Below are positions 45,921 through 60,535 of a stretch of 64,000 bases of DNA, one piece after another. This DNA is from the human T2T-CHM13v2.0 reference genome, Homo sapiens. A program made the position numbers and the translations under genes. Every line of letters starts with the position of its first letter. Position 1 is the first letter of the stretch. The notes beneath the pieces are model-generated. The model had not been told where the DNA came from. It was given only the letters and a program-made list of their open reading frames with translations, and searched no databases. The stretch lies in assembly GCF_009914755.1 (NCBI RefSeq), contig NC_060925.1. The stretch is one strand, 5' to 3'.

Positions 45921-48799
45921 AAAAAGGGAATAAATGCCTCTGAGAATTCCTAGTGCCTGAAAGCTCAAAACAAATGTACAGGAATCTTCTTGAGATTGTG
46001 GAGAAGATATTCCTTAGAAATAACTACTTTATATCCATTATTCTATTTTGAAATATATCAAACTTTCATGGGTAGTCTTTTTTTTTAGTATGTTAAATAT
46101 TTTTAGTGACCACAAAGAATAATCATAAGGGATCTTATGGATTTGTGCTTTTTTCCCCCCAAAAAAAGTCTTAAGTTCTTCCATTCCAAATTATCTATCC
46201 AGGGGGATTTTCAGGAGTTAACAATGTGTAAAATGTTCCTTGTTCAAGACAAAGACAAAAATGAAGCTTTTTAAATTGCCCTTGTCACAGTTAGGATAAA
46301 ACAACCTGCCTATCACCAGAGCATGATTCAACCCCCTATTACCGAAGCATTACCTTCCCAATTCCTTTAGAAAGAGGTGGAGTTTGAAATCGCAAATAGA
46401 TAACAAAATTTAAGCCCCCAAAGAGAGAGAGAATATGTATCAAAATAGCTAAATGCATGTAAATAAGTACTAAATTTAACAGGCATGAGTAATGCAAACC
46501 TCACAGGAGCCATCTTGCATAGGACTGCTTTCACGCTTCCAATTCAAAGGATATAAATGAGCTCCCCCCACACTTAAATATGGAATAAAAAGACAGTTGC
46601 ACCGGACTATAGAAGAGGTAAGCCCAAATTCACAGAGGTTTTATTAAAAACAGGAAAAGGTCAGTCCTCTTCCCCCAAAGGAATGTCCAGGGCTTGTAGG
46701 AATTATTACTCCAAGATAGTTTCTTTATTAAATTTGCTGTGCAGAAATAGAAAAACAAGGCCAGGGGAGAACTAGAAAGACACAGAATGTCTTACTTTTG
46801 TCCAGCCTAAGCACTGCCACAATCTAAATTTAATGCCAAGATACCTCCTCTTCACTGTATCTATAAATCAGATACATGTAAAAACCTAGAGTAAATCCTT
46901 AATGAACTAAGAAATTATGCAATTAAACAATCCACTAATGATAAATATGTCATCTATGTGCTTTCCTCAAAATAAAACAAATAAGATAAATTCAGAGTAT
47001 TGTCCCAGATATAACATCTGCAAAAAACCTCCCTGCTCACCAATGACATGAAACAGCCATCTACATTTTAACCTATGTTTGCTTCTAGTTAAAATCAAGC
47101 ATTCGTTAATGAATTAGTTTGAGTGAATTTATAGATTGAGGGCAGCCCAGCACTGCCTTGTTTAGCAAACATTTTTCAACATGGGCAGTCACAGGGAAAT
47201 CTCAAGCCCAAGTTAAGTGCCAACTTAAAATGGATTCCCGAGACACCCCTGGCGTGTGAATTAATTCTATTTGTATTAATATTTGGAATGTCACGCAGGA
47301 TGCCGCAGCTGGTTTTGCATGACACTCTGGCACTCTCTCCACAGCATTTTTATCATTAAAATGACCATGTTTTAAAAGCAATGACATACCGTGTGAGAGA
47401 CTTTATAAGAGTGAGAAGGATGAAAAGCTGGAAATTTCTCTATTGGCCTCTGCCTATTAAACACCCTACCTTTACAACAGCAGGACACATTTTGGTGTCA
47501 AAGAACAGGGCACTGTATTCAATTTCGGTGCAGTGAGGGGTTTGAGTAATCCTGTCTCTTTACATTTGAGATCACAGCACTTCTAGAAAAGTCAACAGAA
47601 TCAGCTGCTCCAAAATAATGTCCACAAGTCAGGCATACTCACACAAAAATACTCCTTGTGAGGAGGTAAGAAATTAAAATAACATCTGGCAGAGAAAAAT
47701 CTGTTCTCAAGAGCTAAAACCAAAGAGGAGTGTCAGAGCTTGAGGTCTTCTCTTTGGAAAGCCTCTGCAACCAGCACTACTGGTTTTGTGGCAACAAGAC
47801 AGAGCCAGTTTAGATCAGTGAAAACTAGGTACAAACGAATACCTCCCTTCAGTCTACAGTTTCAAATGTTTCTTAACATCAAACACTTTTACGGCTTGGA
47901 AATGAAAACATCACCTGGTTTGGGTTGTATTTCTTTCCCTTCCAGGATTCTGGTGAAGATGGCAATAAAACTAATATGGCTACAGAGAGCAGGAAGAATC
48001 ATGAAAACAAGGATAAGGTGCACGCTACTTCATCAGCTCTTAATCAAGAAGGAACTCTAATATGTACCTATGTGACCAGCTGTTTTCTATCTCCGTTGAG
48101 ATCTAACAGCAGGATCCATTCTAGGAGAATATCTGATCTGGGACTTCGGGGTTTTATATATTGTTACCCTTCCCCTCCTCCTCCTCCTCCCTATTTAATG
48201 GGTTCTAGAAAAAGCATAGGAGATTGCAGTTTCAGCAGACAGGGAAAAGAGGGCTGATATGCTTTACATAGTTATTTTTATATTTAATCCAAGAGCAAGA
48301 GAGGACTAAGCAACCCAGCTGACTCTAAAAAGCATTTTAGGAAGTTGGCAACCGAACAAGCCACCTCCTGCTATCTCCTACTGTGAAGTAACTGTATCCA
48401 GGGTATAGATATGTTCCTCAAAGATATCAATAGCACAGATAATTAAGTTAGTGCAGCAAACTAGCTACATGCTTTGAAGTGTGGAGACAGTTGGTACGCT
48501 AACCTTTCCCTCACCTGATAGGCTAAGCCTACAATCTCCTCACACATGTTAACAATCTCGTGACCTTTAGTCTGTCCTCATTATCACATCAGTTAGGTTA
48601 CCCAACCACGTGGGGCCTACCATAAAAAAGGGCTGCTTATAAACTGGGATAGTGAGTTAACAGGCTCAAAGACAGACTCCACCTGGGTAGGAAGACCCTC
48701 CAACTAGAGAAGCTAAAACTCTCTAGATTAAGCTATCCTGAGGCAGAAGAGAAAGAGCACCACAGGGTGGGAAGAGGGACCAGCTGACCCAGACATCAT

Positions 48800-48970
48800 C
48801 AAACTCTGGAATACATCAGAATCATAAGAGGTGTTTCTAAGTATACCAGTTACTGGATGCAACCCTCTAGAGAGTCTTACTCAAAGCATTGGGGTAGAGA
48901 CATAAAATCTGCGTTTTAATGAGTATAATGGTGATTCAAACTTTGTGGTTCTCAGACTACACTTCTTGGA
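48800..48970. mobile_element. MER5-family fragment
   Basis: aaactct...catcagaatca...aatctgcgttttaa...ggtgattc...gactacactt. Confidence 0.6.
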
Positions 48971-49009
48971 AAGGTAAGGACTGAAGCAAGTTTCTCAGGA
49001 CTCCAGTAG

Positions 49010-49570
49010 TATGCACCTATTATCCAGAAACTACTAAACCCTGTGGTGCTTTATATATTTTATGTCATTTAATCTTCACCATATAAACACACACAATAAA
49101 TAGGTGTGTGTATATATACACAATAAATAGATATATACACACCCTATATACATATATATTTGTAAAATACACAAAGCACAAGGGTTTAGTATATGTGTGT
49201 GTTTTTCATTAATCTTCACAACATACATATATATGTTGCATGTATATATACACGTTGTATAGATGTATGTATATAGGTATATATTGTATGTGTATATATG
49301 TTGTATGTACATTACACACATATGTGTTATGTGTATATATACATATATGTATGTATATATGTATGTTGTGAAGATTAAATGATATGTATATATGTGCGTA
49401 TATATAAGTACATATATGTATGTTGTGAAGAGTAAATGATGAAAAATATACACACACATATATATAATTTGATTCATTTTATAACCACAGAAACTGAGGC
49501 TGAATGATGCTAAGTAACTTGATCCACAGTCACATGCTAATAAGCGGCAAAGCCATGTGCAGAACCCAGA
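49010..49570 (-). mobile_element. MIR split by a ~390-bp TA/CA/TG expansion (49081-49468)
   Basis: gtgctttatatattttatgtcatttaatcttcac ... cattttata...gaaactgaggct...taagtaacttg..cacagtcaca. Confidence 0.75.
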
Positions 49571-51149
49571 TGTGCCCCTACCAAATGGACCCACAGAGCA
49601 CCATGGAGAGAAGTCTCAAAGAAGCTGCAGTCCTTCCTGATGTGTTTTAATTCACCTGCTTTTCAGGCCTTCCCTCCACAGAAGACAAGAGTGAATGAGG
49701 CCAGGAGATTGAGAAAAGCGTGCAGCTAACAGGTACAAAATATCAGAAGTTGTCCAAAATACAGGCATTCCTTACCAAGTGTATTACAACTTGCACTAAT
49801 AAATTTCAAGTAGATATCAGCCCTTAGGCACAGAGAAGCCCGCTATGAGTAAATGAAATATGGCTGTCCTCTGAATCAGAAGGGGATAAAGGACATGTGA
49901 AATGGGTCTCTTTCTATTCCACTCTCTACCCTACCCTGGTTATGCTAGACCCTGAATAAACTCCCTAAACCTCAATATATCCTGACTGGGTTTTACTCTG
50001 GGCTTTTAATGAGGAAGGAGTAGGGACAAAAAGAAGAAGAAAAAGAAATTATAGTCCCTCCTATAATGCCCCAAAACAAATGTGAGAATGCCACATTTTC
50101 CTGACTCAAGTACCAGGCTTGGGGACTCTATAGCTCCTTGACGGGAAGCCCTGTTATATTAAGAAAAAGGCAGAGGTGTTTCAACTGCTACTAGAAAGAT
50201 AAATAGCCTAGGATATCCATTAATGCCCCATAAATTCTGCTGCTCAGAATGCTGATATATTTCTAGTGATTTGTGATGTTTTCCTTTCCAGCTTTTGATG
50301 GCAACTTAGGTTTCATACAATAGACTGGTTTGGCAAAGGTAAAATGTCTAGCTATGACAAACTTAATTCCCTAGACTCAAAACCCTCAGCAGGTGTGAAA
50401 ACAGCAAATCTAGTTAACTTCCCAATTCCCATAGAAATCTCCACTGGGAATATGACTTTCGATGTGGCATTTCTAGGGGAAATTCTGTTGTTAAAGGTGT
50501 TCTTGGAGAATCTCCCATGAGGCTTGCTTAGAGAAATTTTACCCATTTCTCTTTCAAACATGAGGTTTCAGTGGATCTGACCCACTCTGATGATGAAATC
50601 TAAAAGGAGAGCCTCATCTCTCTTCTGAAAATGCTGGGAAGGAGGCTTAGAGAACAGTCAACTAAAAGGTGACAGCCACAGGTGGGAGTGACCACTTCAT
50701 ATTTACAAGACTGAGCCACACTGGATACTGTCTGCCATTTACACACAACCTGAAGACCAGTTCAGTCCCATATGGTTTTTGGAGAGGAAAAGACAGACAT
50801 GCATGGGATCAGCTGCAGAACTGGCAAAGAGAGAGTTACACAATAGTTTTCTTTTTCTCCCTCTAGAAGCAAATATAAACCTACTTTATGATGGCAGTCC
50901 TCGTTTCCCAGAGAAGCACTTTTGCAATAATAACACCATAGAATAAAAGCTTGAGCGACCAGGGGCATTTAGAAAAATAAAGCCTTCCCGCTTCCAAGTA
51001 TTGTGTTGTCATTGCCCTGTTCCTTACATTTTCTATCAGGAGCTCACCATATTCCTACATACTCCAAGACCGAAGTGCACAGTCATTGTCCCTCCCCAGT
51101 GGCGTTGCTTTGAGGAATAGCTGAATTATCATGTGGACAGTCACTCTGA

Positions 51150-51626
<477 letters not shown>

Positions 51627-51732
51627 TCCCATGGGGAGAATTCTAATCATGAAAGCAGCCATTTAAAAAGGATGAAAATATTTAAGCTACCTACTTTCTC
51701 TCTTACCTTTTAAACTTTGTAAGTGTCTAGAG

Positions 51733-51950
51733 CAGGGCTTCTCGGCCTAGGCACTGTTGACATTTGGGGCTGGACAATTCTTTGCTGTGTGGGGGGATGC
51801 CCTGTGGACTGCATGATGTTTACCAGCATCCCTGGGCTCTATTCACTAGATGCCAGTGGCACCCTCTTCCAGTCTTAATAATCCCAAATCTCTCCAGACA
51901 TTGCCAAAATGTCTTTGGGGGACAAAATTGCCCCTAACTGAGAACCACTA
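51733..51950 (+). mobile_element. MER20 (hAT-Charlie)
   Basis: ggcactgttgacatttggggctggacaattctttgctgt...cactagatgccagtggcacc...tctccagacattgccaaa...tgagaaccact. Confidence 0.9.
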
Positions 51951-54070
51951 GTCTGAGCCATTTTGAAATAGATGAATGAACTACAGACGTAAGTTCTCTA
52001 AAATGTGCCTCGAATGTGAGATGGTATGCTCTCACCAAGGATTTCACTTACACCACAAATAGCATTTTACTAGAAGTAAACTGAAACCCATTGCCTAACA
52101 GGAACAGTGAGATGCTTGGCACTAACAAGTTACGGTGAGCAAAATAGTCTAAACTTGTTCACATATGCAAACTCAACATTTAATTTTCTGCAAGATTACC
52201 CACAATAATTACAAAGTTTCTATACTATAGCCTTAAAAGCTTGGAACTATGAGATCCATAAGAATTGATCCTTTATCTTTTACCTTTACTGTGTACTGTG
52301 TCTGTGCAACATAGCAAATGAATGTAGGCAATATTTTCTTCTAATTTCTAGGAGTACTAAAGTGAAACTTTCCTAAAATTAAATTGATTATTAAATAATC
52401 CAATGGAGGGAAATACAGAGTCAACTCGAATGTACAAACAACACTAAGGTAAACCAAAGACCATTTTGCTTATAAGCATGTATCCTTCAACTGAACATAG
52501 ATAGCTGTTGCACATATGATAACTAATAGCTTGACACTCTAAAAGTAATGTTGAAATATTAGTTGCTGCCAGTTAATGATGGTTTGAGGACAAACAGTTG
52601 ACATCTATATGACACCAGTTTGTTCAGTCTGCCAGTAACATACAGTATTTTTGAGGCATTAGTAATAGATTGAATAAACTATCTACCTGGAATCTATGGT
52701 CAAATGCTGGCTAATGCCATATCAACTTGAAGATTTCAGAGCCATTATCATAAGACATAATTCCTTTGTCATAGTCTTAGAATTAACCCAGGCCAAGAAA
52801 TCCAAGCTAATACACAGAGCTGTATTAGGATCTTACTTAACTGATATTAATAGAGTTCATGTGAGAGAAGACACACATTCATTTTTTCACCTTCTGATAA
52901 CCACATGACTAATAAAGTCTCATTTCAAAGGGGAAAAAAAACCCCACAACACTGACACCCACATTTTGGCAAAGTATCAAGCCAATTCCCCTAAGGGTAT
53001 TAGTCGCTTTGATGAAAGAATGTTGCACCATCTCCACACACACTAGATCTCATTTGGTTGTTCCTTCTCTTTCTAAGATGATGTTACTGACAGGGATTAC
53101 TCTCTTATTACATGGTAAAGTGGGTAGGACTGCAGACAAACACGGGACCTAAGTTTGCAAGTACAAGGTCATTTCTCTCTGCATAGAGCTACCTCAATTC
53201 CATCTTCTGAGGAGCAGAGATTGCAATTTCCATGCTACCACGTGATCTCACAATGACAGGAAAGCCTGAGGACCCAGGAGGAAAAATAAGTGATATGCAT
53301 CCTATGTGAGCCTTCAGGAGCCGCTGTGCCCTTCCCTGTCTCCTTTCTTTAATTCTTCAATTGAGGACCAAGTCAGAATCCTTGCACCATCTGGTAGCCA
53401 TGGATACCACACTCAATACACAATATGATCTTAGGAGTCTTTTTTTTTTTTTTAACATCTCCAGGGGCGTTTAATCCCCTTCCTAACTTTCTTCATACTT
53501 AATCTCCAGTCCTCTCCTGCACCAACCCTCTTCCAAGACTGGAATCTCTAAGAGGTGAAATCAACCTAGATCTAGATGTCAGAAAACCAATCTCTAGTCT
53601 TCGGCTATATTTTTTTAACAAGCCGTGTCACTCTGAACAAGCCACATAATCTTGCTAAGTTCACTCAGCTGTAAAAGACAGGTAAGTTGTGACTTCATAA
53701 ACTTTCACTACAAAAATATCATGTATTATTAGAAGAAATACATCGAGAAAAACAGTAGAAGGGAGTCGTTTTGCATGTTATTTAGTGGAAACGATAAGAA
53801 AACTATCATCTAATCAACAAGCACAATTACTCTCAAGCAGTTTTACTCAGAGCTGGTCACATGACCTTCTGAAGAAAAAGGTAAAAAGCAATCACTTTTT
53901 CCGCCTTCCAATCATTCTTCTCCCTTCTAGCATTAAAATACTCCAATCCCTAACTTTAATCCTTCCCCTCCACGTCCAGCATTTAAAAAGAATAATTGGG
54001 CAGTTCCCAGTATTTTCCCAAGAAGTACCTTAGGGCCTTTGACTAGTGGTCTAACTTCAGAGATTACACC

Positions 54071-54580
54071 TATGATGGTTAATACTGAGTGTCAACTTGA
54101 TTGGATTCAAGGATGCAAAGTATTTATCCTGGGTGTGTCTATCAGGGTGTTGCCAAAGGAAATTAACATTTGAGTCAGTGGACTGGGAAAGGCTGACCCA
54201 TCCTTAATCTGTTTGGGTACCATCTAATCAGCTGTCAGCGTAGCTAGAATATAAAGAAGGCAGAAAAACATGAAAATACTAGACTGGCCTAGCCTCCCAG
54301 TCTACATCTTTCTTCCGTGGTGGATCCTTCCTGCCCTCGAACATCTGACTCCAAGTTCTTCAATTTTGGGACTGGAACTGGCTATCCTTGCTCCTCAGCT
54401 TGTAGATAGCCTATTGCGGGACCTTGTGATCATGTGAGTTAATACTTAGTAAACTACCCTTTGTATATATATAATAAAGTGTATGTATATAGATAGATAG
54501 ACAGATATAGAAATATATATATATATACATATATATAGATAGCACCTATTAGTTCTGTCCCTCTAGAGAACCCTAATACA
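54071..54580 (+). mobile_element. MLT2A1 (HERV-L) solo LTR with internal TA/GATA expansion
   Basis: tgatggttaatactgagtgtcaacttgattggatt...cctattagttctgtccctctagagaaccctaataca. Confidence 0.9.
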
Positions 54581-55417
54581 ATAATTAAACTGACTTAAGA
54601 AGGTTGCCTAACCTTGACTTTAACCTTGGAAATACAAGGACTTTTCATCTTCCTCTTTCCACTCTGACTTATATTGCATCTCATTTCTCATACAACAGTC
54701 TAGGGCCTCTCCTCTTTTTCTGGTCCCCTATGCTTACCAAAACCCACATCTTCAAAACAAACATGCAAAGCAGGAAGTACCTCTCAGAAGGGAATTCCGT
54801 CTGCTCTACAGAGTGCCAGTCGGCCACATCACAGAAGCAGCAGGCAACTCTCTAGGGAAGACACCATAGTGTCTGGTGGACTCCAGGAAGCTACAGCACA
54901 AGAAGGCACAGGATTCCCTCCAGGCCCCAGCCTGGATTCTAAGAAAAAAAATAATGTTGTAAATCACAACCCTCACATCATTCCTTAAAGACCAGATGAT
55001 GGTGTCCCAGACTCAAAGGCAATAGCAAAACCTACAAAAAATGGTCACCTATTTCCATTTCCCAGGAAGACCCTCATTATATACAAAGATGTGACTCTCC
55101 TCCATCCACATGTCCCCAAGTTCCTATAAGTTGATTCTAATTGGAAGAGATCACCAAAGTAGAGAGAAAAATCTTTCTGGGGCAAGGGTCCAGGAAGTGG
55201 GGGTAAAATGCAGAGAATGACTCTCATTTTGGCTGTAAGTTGAGGTGATCTTAGGGAAACTACATAACTCAGTTTCTTCATCTGTAAAATTAGGAAGAAT
55301 GTGGCTTATTTAGTTCACAATACTTTAAAATATCAATTAAGAGAAGTAAAAGCTATTTTAAAATAAAAATCATCAAATAGTATTAAACTCCTAGTATTCT
55401 AATATAGATTAATCTAA

Positions 55418-55767
<350 letters not shown>

Positions 55768-56434
55768 AATGTTAAAATCTGGAAAAGTAAAATAATGCTT
55801 TTAACATTGTTTGTCCTCACATAAATGTACCTATACTTCTCTCCATGCCTCTTTCTGTGTCTATATTTTTACATGAATCTCTGTCTCAAAAGATAGCAAA
55901 ATAGAGTAGAAGAGTTCACTTGATTCGAAGGTAAAATACCACAATGTAAATCTCAATTCCACTATTTCTAGCTGTGTTACCTTGGACAAAATAATGTCTG
56001 AAATGGAAATGATGATCCCAGACACTCTACTTCCAGAACTGGTGACCTGTTAAATGAGAGCCACCTACTTCTGCCTTTCTCTTTCTTTCCTTCTCTCCAC
56101 TTTCTCTTCTTCCTCCTCCTCTTTCTTCTCCTCATTGTCCCATTATTCTTGTCCACCACTGCCATTTCTTCTTCTCCATAAGACAGAATTAAATTTGAGT
56201 TCTGTGATATTTCTGTGATTATTAAATAGCAAAATTAAATTGCTTTTTATTGTGATTGCCTTCCATGTTTCTGCTATGAGACTTTTGAATACCCTAGAAT
56301 AAATGCAGTTATGTATTGGGTCTCTCCTTCATTGCAAAAAAACAAAAAACAAACAAACAAACAAAAACACCTTTCCCACAAGCCCTGCAAATTTTCTCTA
56401 ACTTAATGAAGCAATATGTATATATGTAGGGAAG

Positions 56435-56650
56435 TTTATGAATTTGAGGCTTGGCTCTGTCACTTATTAGTCTGTGTGAACTTGGGCAAGTTTCATTTTG
56501 GGGGCTCAATTTTCTCATGTATAAGATAGGGGTAAAAATATCTATCTGATAAGAGTAATGAGAGAATTATATCAATTAAGATACTGGTAAAACACATAGC
56601 CTAATGCCTGGTTACATGGTAAGTGAACAGTAAGGAGCAGATACTATTAT
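56435..56650 (+). mobile_element. MIR
   Basis: ttggctctgtcacttattagtctgtgtgaacttgggcaagt...atgcctggttacatggtaag. Confidence 0.8.
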
Positions 56651-56774
56651 GTGAAAACTAAAAATCAGTTTTATATATTAATGGCACCTTGACTAACTTC
56701 AATATTGGCAATTTGTAGGGAGAATTTCAAAATAGGATGTTGCCCCATCAAATAGCTTGGAGACAAAAACCTCC

Positions 56775-57000
56775 AATAATGTCTAATAGTCACTGAATGC
56801 TTACTGTATGCCAGACATTTTCTTGGTAATCTACATGTGTTCATTCATTTCATCCTCAAAACAATCTGATGAAGTGGGTATAACTATTATTCCAATTTCA
56901 GATGAGGAAAGAGAGATGAAGAGTAGTTCAGTTACTTCCCTAGGTCATCGCAGATACATGAGCCAGAATTCAAACCCCTGGGGTCTAGTTCTAGAGCTAT
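56775..57000 (-). mobile_element. MIR
   Basis: tgcttactgtatgccagaca...ccaatttcagatgaggaaa...gaattcaaaccc. Confidence 0.8.
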
Positions 57001-57514
57001 GATGTAAAGCATTTTCCAAAATCATCTTCCTCCAGGAAAGATGGCATCTTCTAAACCAACTGGTATGTTGCCAGTAATTTGTTACCAGTAATAAAGTACT
57101 GGAGCCTGCTGATGATTTTCTTTTTAATTTAAATGGGTGCAGTTGCACTTATAATGTAATTATTGATGTTCAGTAACATTCTGATTTCCTCTCTAGTGTA
57201 GAAAAGCAGTGCAATCCAAGCTAAAGCTCTGGAATTACTCAGAGTCCAGTGCTCATCTGCAGTATGTGCATGTCACCCGTCAGCATCAGCATCTCTGTCA
57301 TCACCACCACAGTTATCATCACCACCATCGTATTATTATATATTGATCACTCTATGCCAGGGATGTGGTGATTCTTCACATATGTTTTCTGTATGTGTTA
57401 CAGCAGAAGAAAATGTTGAAAACCACTGAGCTACACTATTCCAGAGGCATACTTATAAGACTTTTCTCATAATTCTACCATATACCACTGACCTGAAGAG
57501 GGAAAGAAGAGTAC

Positions 57515-57680
57515 AATAATATTACTGGTATTTATTTTGTGTTAATCACTGGAATAGGCATTTTAAATATATAATCTTATTTAATCCTCAAAATAGGCCT
57601 AAAATATAGACATTATAGTTATTTTAACCCCAGCTTTACAACAAAGGGAACCACTGCTCAGAATGGCTAAGCATCTTTCC
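57515..57680 (-). mobile_element. MIR
   Basis: cttatttaatcctcaaaat...cccagctttaca...gctcagaatggctaag. Confidence 0.65.
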
Positions 57681-58282
57681 CAAGGATTGCGGAATTTTGA
57701 AATTACAGCTTCAGGATTTGAACCAGACCTATAATGATTCTTTTGAGCAGTCCCTTTAAGATAGTTTTACTATTTTCTAAACTGGGGGTGTGTGTGTTTT
57801 TTCTCCTATGACACGAGCTGTCTCTTCTGTTATCTATTTATTAGAAAGCAGAAGCCCTCAACAAAGTTCTAGATTGGGAATCTGAAATCGCAAGCCATAG
57901 CCCTGGTTTTGCAGCTCATGTGTTGTGTGGGCAACTTATTTATCTATTAAAATGAGGAATTTCATCTCTAGCCTGCTACTTGCTATGATTTCCCTAGAAA
58001 AACATGACAAATACCCATTGTCATTCATATGATATCCAGTCATATGATATCTCCCAAGGGCATGTTCTCTGCCCTTGGGAAAGAAGATTGTAGAGAGAAG
58101 CCCACTGCACTGATGTGCTTGTTGACTGGAGCATCAGACAAGGGTGGTTAAAAAGAAGGTTGGCTGGGAAGTGTGAGAAAGTCATCCACCTTGCAGCTGT
58201 CTCTGCCCGAATAGTACCATGGCTAAATAAGAGTCTCTCTCTAGAGATCTCTGCTGGCACCTTGTCTTCATTCCTTTCTGGA

Positions 58283-58283
<1 letters not shown>

Positions 58284-58320
<37 letters not shown>
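58284..58320. repeat. A37 homopolymer
   Basis: Directly visible. Confidence 0.97.
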
Positions 58321-58323
<3 letters not shown>

Positions 58324-58800
58324 TCATGAAGAATGTATTGCTTTCTACATGCAACTGCCAAAAACCCAACTGTAGGCAAAATCCATCTTACAGAATCTCT
58401 TAACTGCTTTGATTCAGTTCTTAAAGGAGATTAGTTGTTGGAAGGTCACAGAGAAGCCATCCTACTGCACACTGCAGCTTGGAGTTTCAAAGCTTTCACT
58501 ACTAAGGGGATCTCCGTGCTTGATGCCCCTTCTCTCCATGCTGTTTAATCAATGAATCAACAAATAGTTACTGAGCAAGGCTTCCCTAGGGTCTGCAGGT
58601 CACTTCAAATGTGGCTCTCCTGTTCAATAGCAGGAGAAAGAAAAACGGATTTTTCTGACTCCTCTTAAAGTTTCCATTTATAAAACCAGGGCTGGCATCA
58701 AAAGACTGTGGGTCTCCTGTCCCTCTTTTTTCATCCCCTGAACCCTCTGATTCACAAGTAAAAATGAAATGTTATGTAGCTGGGACAATATATAAGAGCT

Positions 58801-58950
58801 GGAAGGGAGGAAGGAAAGAAGGAAGAAAGAAAAGGAGGGAGAAAACAAGGAAGAAAGGAGGAAGAGAGAAAGAGAAGTAAAGAAAAGAGCGAAGGAAAAA
58901 AGGGGAGAGAAGAGAAGAAGGGAGGGACACGAGAGAAGAATGAAAGAATG
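58801..58950. repeat. Purine-rich (GA/GGAA) low-complexity tract
   Basis: Directly visible. Confidence 0.9.
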
Positions 58951-59135
58951 AGACCCTTAGATTTCAAGAAGGGCAAAAGACACAGTGAACATGTAGACAA
59001 TACTCCCAAGAAATATATCTTTGGTAGCATATACACTCCATACTTACTAGTCTGTTCATTATTACTGCTTTTTAGTATATATGATTATCTTTGTGAACCC
59101 CTACTTTAAAGCTTTTAGGATTAGTGTAATTATGA

Positions 59136-59438
<303 letters not shown>

Positions 59439-59646
59439 ATGAATCCCTTTAAATGTCCCTCTGCCTTGACCCTACCAATAGAATTACACATAAAATGTGC
59501 ATTTAGCCTCAATACCCACAGTATCAGAAATCCACCCCCCCCAAAAAAAAAAAAACTCAACTAGTTTTTCTAAGTAATTTGTATGAAAATTTAAAAAATA
59601 ATGAATATAAATATTACTTTTGGTTTTTAATAACAGTGTTATATAG

Positions 59647-59868
59647 GGTAGGTGCAGTGGCTCATGCCTGTAATCCTAGCACTTTGGGAGGCCAAGGTGG
59701 GAGGACAGCTTGAGCCTAGGAACTCGAGAACAACCTGGGCAACAAAGCAAGACGCCATGTCTACAAAACATTTAAAAAATTGAGCCCAGGAGTTTAAGGC
59801 AGCAATAAGCTATGATTGTGCCACTGCACTCCAGCCCGAGCAACAGAGAAAGACCCCATCTCAAAAAA
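59647..59868 (+). mobile_element. AluJ lacking ~60 nt at the start of the right arm
   Basis: Left arm plus middle A-tract joined directly to ttgagcccaggagtttaaggcagc. Confidence 0.88.
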
Positions 59869-60055
59869 CATACTTTTTAAAAGTAAAACACTATACTATG
59901 TTACAAAATGAATCACCATCTCCCAAGTGATGAAAGCTACTGTGATGTACAGTTGTCACTATGACAGGACCAAACAATGGTGTGAATAGTGTCCTCCTCT
60001 GTGAAGCACACAGAGCAGGATTCTACTTGATGATATTTTTCCTCAATCAAAAATA

Positions 60056-60290
60056 CAGTCATCTCTCAGTATCCTTGGGGATTGGTTCTGGGACTCCTGC
60101 ATATACCGAAGCCTAAACATACTCAAGTCCTGCAATCAGCCCTGCTGAACCCACGTACACGAAAAGTCAGCCCTCTGGACATGGGTTTCACAGCCCACAA
60201 ACACTGTAGTTTTGATCGGTGTTAGGTTGTAAAAAAATCTACCCACAAGTGGACTTGCATGGTTCAAACCCATGTTGTTCGAGGGTCAAG
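60056..60290 (+). mobile_element. MER8 (TcMar-Tigger MITE)
   Basis: cagtcatctctcagtatcc...gattggttc...acgaaaagtcagccctc...gttcaaacccatgttgttcgagggtcaa; preceded by TA. Confidence 0.85.
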
Positions 60291-60535
60291 ATAATAATGA
60301 AACCAGCAACAGTTTACTGGACACTTACTCTGCCAGACACACTGCTGAATACTTTCCATATGTTATCTCATGTAACTCTTTCAGCCAACATTGGTATACA
60401 TTATTACCCTCACTCTACAGATGAGAATGTGGAAGGTCAGGTAGGTGAAGTCACTTGGCCTAAAAATATTAAACATGGTTAGGTCCAGAGCAAAACCCCA
60501 ACCCATGTCTGACTCTGAATATTATGCTTCATAAT
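60291..60535 (-). mobile_element. MIR
   Basis: acttactctgccagacac...ctacagatgagaa...gtgaagtcacttggcc...tgtctgactc. Confidence 0.75.

Noticed and set aside
49076-49594. 172-aa Y/I/H-rich ORF
   Set aside because: Translation of TA/CA low-complexity repeat.
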